Below, piece after piece: positions 26,178 to 35,945 of a stretch of 64,000 bases of DNA; positions within the stretch are counted from its first letter, which is position 1; every line of letters starts with the position of its first letter. This DNA is from Narcine bancroftii (lineage: Eukaryota). The stretch covers positions 6,882,001 through 6,946,000 of the forward strand of contig NC_091475.1 in the NCBI RefSeq assembly GCF_036971445.1, written 5' to 3'. The notes beneath the pieces were generated by a model that was not told where the DNA came from, searched no databases, and saw only the letters and a list, made by a program, of their open reading frames with translations. Both the position numbers and the translations under genes were made by a program.

Positions 26178-26339
26178 GACATGAAATTGATTTTTCCATC
26201 ATTGATCATGAAATTTGTTCAGGAACAGCTGGAGTTGATCAAAAGCAATATTTATCGATCAATTCCACGATGGCGCTTGGGTTCCAACAGAGATGCATAC
26301 TGCTACCGCAAAGCACGTAATCATATTCAGGCTTTCCAG
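26178..26339 (+). CDS. cut8: Cut8/Sts1-family homolog, exon 4 (DMKLIF...IYRSIPRWRLGSNRDAYCYRKARNHIQAFQ)
   Basis: polypyrimidine...caaacag acceptor, CAG|gtatgc donor, 162 nt phase 0-0; DAYCYRKA resembles the Cut8/Sts1 D-Y-A-Y-x-R-V motif. Confidence 0.85.
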
Positions 26340-26589
26340 GTATGCATTTTCCATCAAAGATCAAGTGAGAGGCCATCAGAATATCTGTTTTTCCTCTGCA
26401 ATTTGAAAGTTTAAAATAGTAAGTGAAATGAAATAAAACCATCTATTCTACTCTTTATTATGTGCAACATTTAATCATTCTGAGTGCAGAAACTAAAGGT
26501 CTTCCCTGTTGTGGTCTCTTGAGATCCTAATTAAATCAAGTGAAAGAGAGGAAACTATGTGCCAATTTTATCTTGTTCAAATTCATTTT

Positions 26590-27425
26590 GGACATCAGGA
26601 GAAAGTCAAAGGAACACGACCCAGTCCTCAAGTGCTCAGTTGTGGAGAGGGTCAAGAACTTCAAATTCCTGGGTGTCAACATCTCCGAGGATCTGTCCTG
26701 GAGCCTCCATGTTGATGCAATCACAAAGAATGCTCGTCAGCAGCTATATTTTGTGAGGTGTCTGAGGAGATTCACTATGTCATCAAAGACTCTCGTAAAC
26801 TTCAACAGTGGAGAGCACTCTGGCTGAGTGCATCACTGTCTGCCAGGCGCCAACTCTCAGGACAAGAATAAACTCCAGAGAGTTGTTAACTCGGCCTGTG
26901 ACATCACAGGCACCAGACTTCACTCCACTGAGGACATCTACATGAGGGGGTGTCTTTAAAAACCAGCCTCTATCCTCAAAGATCCCCACCACCCAGGTCA
27001 TGCCCTCTTCACTCTGCATATTATTACTGACTGTCACTCACTTGTGTATCGGCTACTGCTGTGGGAGTGTCTGCCTAGCTGGTCTAACAGATGGTGCTCA
27101 GTGTCCCACTGGCCAGACTAGGGTAGCATTGAGTCTGTTAATAAAAGCCAAGTATTATTCCATTCACATGTCTGAACTCTTATTGATGGGCTATCACTCT
27201 GCTAGCATGGGAAAAGGGTACAGGGGCTTAAAGACGAGGCTCAGCAGCACAAGGACAGCTTCTTCCCTGCTGCCATCGGATTCCTGAATAATCAATGAAC
27301 CAAAGACACTGCCTCACATTTTGTGCACTTTTTTTAATATTGTAATGTTGCAAGATGGTTATAATACGAACATTTGCACTGATGCTGCCACAAAATACCA
27401 AATTTCATGAGAATGAATTCTGATT
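26590..27425 (+). mobile_element. Rex1/Babar-type LINE 3' fragment
   Basis: VERVKNFKFLGVNISEDLSW...KNARQQLYFVRCLRRF; KDPHHPGHALF. Confidence 0.85.
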
Positions 27426-27542
27426 TCCTGTTTAAGCCCTGGCCATCTTTTCCTTAACTGAAAGGTGCAGTCAAGTTTTGGCAAGTAATGACTAATTTAG
27501 TTTAGACTTAAAGAAAATGTTATGAATTTTGTTTCCTTGCAG

Positions 27543-27769
27543 AAAACATGTCTGGAGCAAGGGAAGCTGTTATTGCAAGCAGAATGCTGGGAAACTGCAT
27601 TAAACTACATACTGGTTGCATGGAGGTACACCAGTGAACTTCCACAGTGGGATATTAGCTTCCATAATGAATGTACAGAACAATGTTTTACAGTTTTAGC
27701 TGTTCAAGGCATAACAGCGTTGCAAAGAAGTTGTCTGGATATGGAGAAGCATAAACAACTTAAGAAAAG
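27543..27769 (+). CDS. cut8: Cut8/Sts1-family homolog, exon 5 (KTCLEQG...WETALNYILVAWRYTSELPQWDISFHNECTEQCFTVLA...KQLKK)
   Basis: tttccttgcag acceptor, AAG|gtaaat donor, 227 nt phase 0-2; contains the LPxWD...HN core of the Cut8 domain. Confidence 0.88.
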
Positions 27770-29424
27770 GTAAATCTAACAGATGTTAAAAGCAATAGAA
27801 TTATTTTTTGATTACGAGGCAGCAAACTAGTTGTATCCAAAATACTATAGAAGTATGTAAAACGAGAAAGTCTACTGATGCTGGAGTTGAGTACAATGCA
27901 CAAACTTGCAGGAGAAACTCAGCAGGTTGTGTCGTATGTGAAAATCTCATTGTTGTTCTTAATGTTTGCAATTCCATATCTAATCACAAGAGGAGGTGAT
28001 GCATTTTTAAAATGGATGAAAGAATTGCTCGTATTTTATTCCCCCACCTCCGCCTCTGTCCTTCACTCTGTTTATAAACTCTTAATTTATTTTAAAAAAA
28101 AACTGGGATGATAAATAAAATTAATTAAATGCAAATTGAACTCAAAATTTGCTTGCTCTTCCATATCGGGAATGGAAATCCTGAGGGGACTCGGCACATT
28201 TTGAGGAGAAAATCGTCATGCCAATCCTATTTGTGCACAAATGATTTATTGAGATGTGGTTGCATAATCCTGTAGTTTGGAAATTTGGATCATTTGTGTA
28301 TGATTTTTTTTTTGAGCTGTTGATTGATCTTGGGGGAGGGGGTCTGGTTTGCGGTTTTTTTTATATAAACTTTATTGTCGAATGCAAGTCCGTCATGAGG
28401 ATAGTGTTAAAATTCAAAACGCAGGAGGGGATTTGTAATTTTTGTTGTTATGGTAATTGGTCAAGAATTCAATTGTAAACTGTACGGTAGAAACCAGGAA
28501 TTTTGAGTTCATTCTCAACTGATGGCAGTTTGGCTAGGGGAGAAAGATTGATTAGACTACTTGGTGAACATTGGAATAGAATTGAATGTCCTGATGATGA
28601 TGTTTCCTAATATCAGATTGTCACAAAGCTAATTTACTGAGTTTGCATATTAATGATAGCTAAAATGGATTTGGGCCAGGAAGCTTTACTGTAAAATAAA
28701 AACAATTGCACCCGAGTTGGGTGCAACATTTTGTTCTGACGTTCAGATTGCAGCTGATCTGTCTTCCATTTGTGTGTATGAATATGGCACTTTCTCCTTT
28801 TTGCACTAATTTGTCCTGATCAATGGGCCTTTTAAATAGGGAGGGGAAAGGTTGCTGGTTTCCATCATTTCTGTGTGAACTGCTTCCCAAAGCTCCCTCG
28901 ATTGCAACCCTCTGAGACTTGCATGAGATGAAGTTATTCTGCTGTATTTTAACTGGTAAATTCTTGGGTCAGTCTTTGGATTTTGAGTGAAAACTGAAAC
29001 CTCAACCCTCATGATATTGGTTTTGATAATGTTTCTGAGTTGCTCTGCATTCCTTTTCATTTATGAATCATCCTTTTTGGAATGAATGTCATTTATTGAC
29101 CTAATGCTTGCTATTGGATGATAAACAAAGTAAATCTTTAAAATATTCTTAAAAATAAACAAATTGTTAATTTTCATCCCTTATTAGCCTTTTGTAATTG
29201 AACCGTATGTGACATAAATTACCTTTGTGCATTCTGATGGTCTTTGATGTGAACCCCAGAACTTATTTATTCCTTTGGGTTTTGTGTGCATGATCACACT
29301 CTTTCTATTTTTTTTTAAACAACTTCTTTCGTCATTTGTAAATTAATTTTTAAAATACTGATTTAACATTGTATGTTGTGGCCAAAATTGCCAAGTTGAT
29401 GAAGATGTGCAACAACAATGAGAA

Positions 29425-30500
29425 ATTAAAAGCTCAAATGCTCAAGTAACTCAGCAGATCTGGCAGTGTCCACAGGAGTTAAAGATATTTAACCAATGTT
29501 TTGGGCCTGAGCCCTTCAAGGTATGAGTAAAAAGCAGACGGGTGCCTCAATAAAAAAGCTGGGGAGGAGCACAAGCTGACAAGCAAGAGTATAATTACTA
29601 ATCTATAGGAAATGAAACATAGGAATAGGTAGAGAGGAGCCTGGAGAAGTCTGTGTTATTGCTATCTGATTGGAGGATTCCCAAGGTAGAATCTGAAGAG
29701 TTCCTCCAATTTGCAGGTTATCTCAGTCTGGTAATGCATGAGATCGTGGACAGACGTGTTGGAATGGGATGGGGAATTGTAATGGTGGCCACTGGTAGAT
29801 CCTCGCTATTGCAGCAGAGCTCAGAGGCAATCTCCCAGTCTGTGCCCAATCTCTTCAATGATGAGTAGACCACAAGGGAAGCACTAGTTGCAGTAGATGA
29901 CACTCTGCTGGTTCATTTGGAAGGACTGTTTGGGGCCCTGAATGATGGTCAGGGAGGAGGTGTGGACACGTGTAACATGTTGAGGATGTGACTGCGTGTG
30001 GGATCACCTAGTAGTTGGCAGAAATGTGTTGGATGTGGAGGCTGGTGGGATGGTATGAGAGGTCAAGGGGAATCTTCTTGTTGTAAGTGGTAGGGAAGGG
30101 AGGAACAGGGCAGAGAAATGGGTAATGGGGGATGTGTGGGTGAAGGCTGAGTTGGGAGTAGTCGAGGGGAAGCCACGTCTTTTGAAGGAGGACATCTCTG
30201 ATGATCTCGCCTGTCAGACCTCCTCCTGGGAGTAGATGTGATGGAGTCAGAGTAATTGCAAGAAGGAAATTGAATCTGTACAGAGGACAGGGTGTGAAGA
30301 GTTGTAGCTGTGGGAGTTGGTGGGTTTGTAGAAAATGTCTGTCAATCTTCCGAGATGGAGACTGAGATCGAGAAAGGGGAGAATGTTGCTATAAATGGAC
30401 AGAGTGAATTTGAAGTTGGGGTGAAAGATGGCCACACATGAGGCAGCACTAATGTCATCTAATGCCTGCTGTTCCTCCAGCAATTTTGTTTTTACCACAA
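29425..30500 (-). mobile_element. Penelope-like element fragment with terminal pLTR remnants
   Basis: LPFLDL...TDIFYKPTNSHSY..SSHP (ORF 30247-30498); pLTR remnants at both ends in opposite orientation. Confidence 0.75.
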
Positions 30501-30818
30501 TTTACACGGTGCCAATAAACTTCTATTCCACTTAGCTTGACATGAGATGATGGGAGTAGAAATGTACACTTTAATTTGCATCAACCCTTGCTGTATCTTC
30601 ACACCATGGGAAATGCTTTCATTTCTTAAAGTAACCTTGTTATTATCAGTTTGTCTTGACTTTTCTGAAGTGTTCCATCAACAATGACCATTGAATGTTG
30701 AGATCTGGTGTTAATGACATTGAAATTTATAAAAAGTAACTGAACAACACAACTGTAGTTTATGTAACACAAGCAAAATAACTTGAACCATGATCGAATA
30801 ATTTTTTTTCTGTTGCAG

Positions 30819-30909
30819 ATTTAAAATTGCATATACACAAAACAAACTGATCAAACCCTGCCTTGAAAAATTGGATAGTATGATTGTCGTCCTGGAATGC
30901 AGTCCTTGA
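30819..30909 (+). CDS. cut8: Cut8/Sts1-family homolog, terminal exon 6 (RFKIAYTQNKLIKPCLEKLDSMIVVLECSP*)
   Basis: ttttttttctgttgcag acceptor, phase 2 completes AG|A Arg, TGA 30907-30909, AATAAA at 31035. Confidence 0.78.
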
Positions 30910-31074
30910 GTAAAAATATCATCTTGCTCAAAAACTTGACATTTCAAATTGAATGAAAAGTGTTGCAGTGAGAAAATCCTGTGCCTTAAAAGGACAATAT
31001 GACGAAAGCGATATGCTTACACCAAATTGTTTAAAATAAAGTGTCCAGCTTTGCCTTAAATTGGATCCAGCATA

Positions 31075-31490
31075 ACATGGAAATACACAATTGCTGGAGG
31101 AACTCAGCAGGTTGTGCAGTGTCCATAGGAGGCAAAGATGTACAACCAAGGTACGAGCAAAAGGCAGGTAGGTGCTTGAATAAAAAGGTGGGGGAGGGAA
31201 GAAGGGGCAAGGGGAGGAGCAAAGGTCGACATGGATAGAGGGCAGTTCTCCCCTTTTCTCTCCTGTCCTCCTATCCGTGAACACCTATGGCCTCTTGGTT
31301 GTTAGCCTGTGTTCCTCCCCTTGCCCCTTCTTTCCTCCTCCCACTGCCTTTTTAGGCCCCAGCCTGCTTTTTGGTCATGCGTTGACAAAGGACTTGAGCC
31401 TGAAATGTTAGTTGTACTGTCTATCTTTGCCTCCTATTGACTTGTAGGGCTTGCTGAGTTTCACCAGCAAGCTTGTCTGTTTACTACTCT
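31075..31490. mobile_element. inverted pair of Penelope pLTR-derived segments
   Basis: ttgctggaggaactcagcagg...ataggaggcaaagat vs atctttgcctcctatt...ttgctgagtttcaccagcaa. Confidence 0.7.
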
Positions 31491-32284
31491 CACGGTGACT
31501 GAAGGCTTTCTGGTTTCATAACGTAATGGAAAATTGGAATTTAAAGGAGGGTCTTTAAAATGTAATGAACAAATGTATTTGATTTTTAGAATTGTGAAAA
31601 TCACATGAATTTTACTCCCTTTTGTATCAGAAACTATGTTGTAGGTAAGTTAATGTACAGGTAGAATGTATTCTGCAACAAATTTGGAGCAAGAGCAGTA
31701 TTAGTAATCTAATAATGGCAATTGCACTTTAACCTTTGATCAAGTACCTTTTTAATATGGAGTTTCTGTATTTAAAAAAAGAATTTTGGCAAATGTTAGG
31801 AATATTTTTCATGTTTTCAAAAAAAATTTCTTAAGTAAATGTACCTGTAGGATGTAACATGTTAATTCTTAAACATAAATGAAATGTATCTAATGTGAGT
31901 CAACTTTTCATTTTATGTTCTGGATATTGTAAATGAGAATTTGGTGTTCAGTGTGTGTGTGTGTGAGATTTCACTGTTTTCAACAGTATTATTTTCAATT
32001 TTGTAAACTTAATAATATTGCAAATTGCAACAGCTTCGTCATGCAGACAAAGCGAGGGAATCAGAGTTTTATTAAAAATGCTGCATTTACCAATTAGTGA
32101 TTTCTCTCAATGAAGTTGTAAAATGAAGAAACCGTTAAAGTCAGCTGCTTGTTTCAATTCAAGTGGTACACAATATTGGTGTTGTAACTTGCAACTTTAA
32201 AGCAATTTGTGGGCATTGATTCCAAAGCTTTCTTTACTGGTGCTACAGAAATCTCTGGATTCTGTATCTTTCTCCTGTTGCTTG

Positions 32285-32403
32285 ATTATTTTAAACTTTT
32301 TATTTATTGCACTATGAACTGTATCAACGATGTATCCAAATGTTTTTCATCAAATATACAGTGATATTTTCCCTCCACCCCCCCCCACCCCGCCCCTTCC
32401 CAC
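32285..32403 (-). mobile_element. L1 3'UTR fragment
   Basis: similar to 45460-45590 and 61274-61400; TSD cctgttgcttg 32274-32284/32404-32414. Confidence 0.8.
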
Positions 32404-33689
32404 CCTGTTGCTTGGTCTTGAAGCCCTTTGAGCGCTGAATAATTTATCCCCATCCTGTAGCATCAGTTAAACTTCCAATGAGGAAATTAATACCTGTCAG
32501 CTAGAGGTACAACTGCAAAATGAGAGTCCCATCATTTTTAATGATTGTTTGGAAAGGGCATACTTGAGTTTAGTCTTAAATTAGATGTTTTTTTGAAATT
32601 GGGTCCAGATGCGAGGCACGGAAGTACCTGTAAAGGACCTCTGATGGTTCTTGATTGGATGAGTGGGAAGAATTTTCTGAGAAAAGCTAAATTTATTCGT
32701 ATGCTTTGAGATCAACAAGGCAGGAACAATGCTGAATTTAGCTCTGGGGTATGAAGCAGAGGATTTGGAGCATGTTTCATTTTGAAGATATGTTTAGGGA
32801 ACAATATATTTGGTTCAGAATGGGTATGAAATGGGATTCCAAAGAGTATGTTGTGATGCCTGGGTCTGATGCTTTAGGAATCTGCATTCTGTCATCCTGG
32901 CTCAGTCTATATTAGTTTTGAAATTTGGCTAGCAGTTGAATCCAAAAGTAATGTGAAATTGTCCAGTGTAGTAAACATTTATTTAATACAATTGGCATAA
33001 AGAACAAAGATAACACGAAATATAAAATGTTATGCACTGTTAACATAAATGCGGAGTCTAAAATAGTGGGAGTAAGATATTCAATGAGAAATACAAAATT
33101 ATAAACTTGGTGAATATTTGCAGGTAAGAACAGTGGAATTGGAATTATTTGGATTTCTTTTAAAGTGCCAGTATGGGCAGAGTTCCTTAATTCCGGGCTG
33201 TATTTTTTTTCTGCAATTCTAAAGCACAATTAACATCTGAAAATTGTATCTATACAAGACTCCTTTTCTCCATATTCTCTAACCTCAATGTCGCAACACT
33301 GCAGAGTCTTGGTTACCCAAAGAAAGCAGTGAGAGCATTGAAAGACCTATATGATGATGTTCAGTATCTTGCTGGTTTATATTTACTTTGTCCTGCATTT
33401 ACTTAAGTCAGAAAAATTGGAAGTATGGACTACATCTGTAAACAACAATTGAGTGAGTCAATTCAGAATCCCTCTTGAACAAACTAAAAATCTGGCATTT
33501 CAATATAATGGGGTGCAATAATTTATTAAGTACATGGTATCTGCAGAGGAAACATCAATTGATTCAAGACAGTAAATTTTGATCAGAATATCTGTTCTGA
33601 TTGTGAAATAACCATTGGTGATTTAAAAATTAAAAAGAAAAAAAAAACTTTTTTGCAAGGTGATGTAAAGGATGCTTGAAAAATATTTC

Positions 33690-33803
33690 AACCAATAGCT
33701 TGAAATATGCCTGGGACTGTCAGATTGTGGAAGCTCAGCAAGCTCAGGCCTGGTTTGTACTTGGTGTGGAGACCACCTAGGAACACCAGGAGCTGTAGGT
33801 TTT
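33690..33803 (+). pseudogene. 5S rRNA-derived sequence (pseudogene or SINE3 head)
   Basis: ggaagctcagcaagctcaggcctggtttgtacttggtgtggagaccacctaggaacaccaggagctgtaggtttt aligns to the 3' two-thirds of vertebrate 5S rRNA with many substitutions. Confidence 0.8.
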
Positions 33804-34041
33804 AGTGAGGGCGCAGGACAAGTGGCGACTCTATCTGCCTTCCGTTAGATAAAAGTCAGAATTTAGAAAATAAGAGGCCATTTGGCCCTTCAAGCCTACA
33901 CTGCCATTTATTTGGCTGATCATCTACCCAGTACCTGCCTTCTCCCCTGATCCCCTTAACTCCCTCTTAAATCTAGATAAGGAACCAGCTTCAACTACTT
34001 GTCACAAAGAATTTCATGGATATATTACATTCTAAATGTAG

Positions 34042-35236
34042 TGTGACAGATTGTAATATTTTAAATTTTATATAGGTATGCATTTGAAAAATTGTGGGGT
34101 TTTTAGTTGGGTCATACAGATACAAACACTTAAAAACCGATATCATTGAAAATGCTGGCGCTCTGCTCAAGCCAGACAGTCCAGGCTCTGAATGCCTTTG
34201 CACAAACTTTGAAGAATGCCTGTAAGGTCTTCACAACTAGTTGTTAATTGGACATGCTGTGGAGTAATGGATTATTTTGTACTGCAACAGATGAATGAAC
34301 TCAGAACATTGGGTCCAGTGTTGCAGTCTTGAGTGTAGCTTGCTGTTCTAAGAGGGTAGTTTTCTCAGAGAGGATTCAGTTTGACAGTTTACCAGCAGCA
34401 ACTGGGACTGGAACATGACAAGCTGGCAAACTTGTGGGGGGAAAAAGCCCAATTTGAAGACTGGTTGGGAGTTCTTAGTTCAGCCTGGTCAAAGCCCTTG
34501 TAGTCTGAACAAGAGGAGATGGCTGGCTGTATAATGTTTCACTTGAAATAAGGGAAACAGAAAAGGAACTCTGGTGACCTGAAAGCAAGATTATCATCTG
34601 GAAAACCTTGATGAAGCAAGTTTCTTCAGCGGGACACTGAAGTGGCTGATCAGAAGGGATCAGTTGTGGGTGTCAAATGAGCAAGAAATCTCTCTGAAAA
34701 CCATTTACATTTCAAGCACCAAAGCCTGGTGAACTTCATAAATGTTAAATTCTGTGCACAGTTAGAAGAAGAATTGCTTGCAACCAGCGAATGAGAAGTG
34801 AGATTGGACTGTGAAGCTAAGAACTTTTCTGAACTTACACACATTACATACAAGCGTACTTAGAATTAGAAGGGTTAAGTTAATCATGTTGTGATATGAT
34901 TGTGCTGGCTGGCCTCTTCCTCCGGGTGTCCTACCTTGGCTCCTCCCTTAGTCCTACCCATGTAACCCCGGGCCATCAAGGTTGAGTCCCCTCTCCTTCC
35001 CGCTCATTCCTAGTCTTGGACCTGGACCGGCCGTCTCAAGTACAATAAAGCCTATTGTTCCCCTTAGTCTTGGTCCAAGTCATTATTGGAACTTCTGATA
35101 GAATCATACTTTAACTGATTTGTTGGGTGCTATTTTCATGTTTAAAGATAATTAAAAGTAGCTTTTGTGTCAGTGAACATTTGTCTTGGTGAATATCTAT
35201 TGCTGCTGGGTTTTGGGGTCCCCTGGCCTCATAACA
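34042..35236 (+). mobile_element. solo LTR with an apparent nested insert (~34890-35090)
   Basis: TGTGA...TAACA termini, flanks gtag/ttag; two other copies in the window. Confidence 0.6.
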
Positions 35237-35459
35237 TTAGTATTATATGACAATAATGGAACTTTAAACCTGATTTCACCCAGCAAGTTTACATGGTTGT
35301 AAAGTGGCTATAATATGGATGTTACAGCAAAGCACCCAATTACATGAGAATAAATTTGCTACACTCTCTTTGTTAATGACTCCAGAAGGAAGTGGTTCCT
35401 TTATATGGGGAAATATTACGTTATAAAAATGCAAATCTCTATGACAATTACCATCCTGA

Positions 35460-35743
35460 CGCCCTCAACGACACCCTGTCTCAACGCCGTAAACCGACTT
35501 AGTGCTGCACTTTACGACACCCGGTCTGAACGCCGTAAACCGACTTAGTGCTGCACTTTACGACACTCGGTCTGAACGCCGTAAACCGACAGTCCCGCAC
35601 TTTACGACAGCTCCCAGCGACCCCCCAGTCTGAACGCCGTAAACCGACATAGTCCCACACTTTACGACGGCTCCCCGTCGCAGAGAGCGAGCGGAACGGT
35701 TTACGGCAACAGCTGAGGGACGGACGTGGAAGAGGGGAGTGGG
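35460..35743 (+). promoter_or_regulatory. TBC1D23 CpG promoter containing ~4 copies of a ~46-bp unit
   Basis: GCCGTAAACCG at 35486, 35532, 35578, 35636, each followed by TTTACGAC; inverted copy 35697-35707. Confidence 0.65.
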
Positions 35744-35811
35744 ATGGCGGCGGCGGAGGCGGAGGATGAGCGGTTGACGGTGGAAGGCGGCGGGAGCAGC
35801 AGTGGCAGCTG
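35744..35811 (+). CDS. TBC1D23: TBC1 domain family member 23, exon 1 (MAAAEAEDERLTVEGGGSSSGSW)
   Basis: gggATGG start in CpG island, CTG|gtgagg donor; phase 2 joins exon 2 to form the conserved Trp. Confidence 0.85.
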
Positions 35812-35945
35812 GTGAGGAGGGCGAATGAGTTACCGGGCCTTGGGAACGTGCCTGGAGATCAAAGGGGAGGGGGGGTCAGCGGCTGCTGGCCAACGAGCCC
35901 AGGGAGAGGGCTGGAAGCGGGTTGCGGGGCCGGCCCAATGTGACA

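Noticed and set aside
15756-30909. Cut8-like gene as fungal/invertebrate contamination or recent horizontal transfer
   Set aside because: Gap-free contiguity with TBC1D23, long introns filled with host repeat families, vertebrate-type CpG promoter
33690-33803. Functional 5S rRNA gene
   Set aside because: Single copy, 5' end missing or decayed, many substitutions
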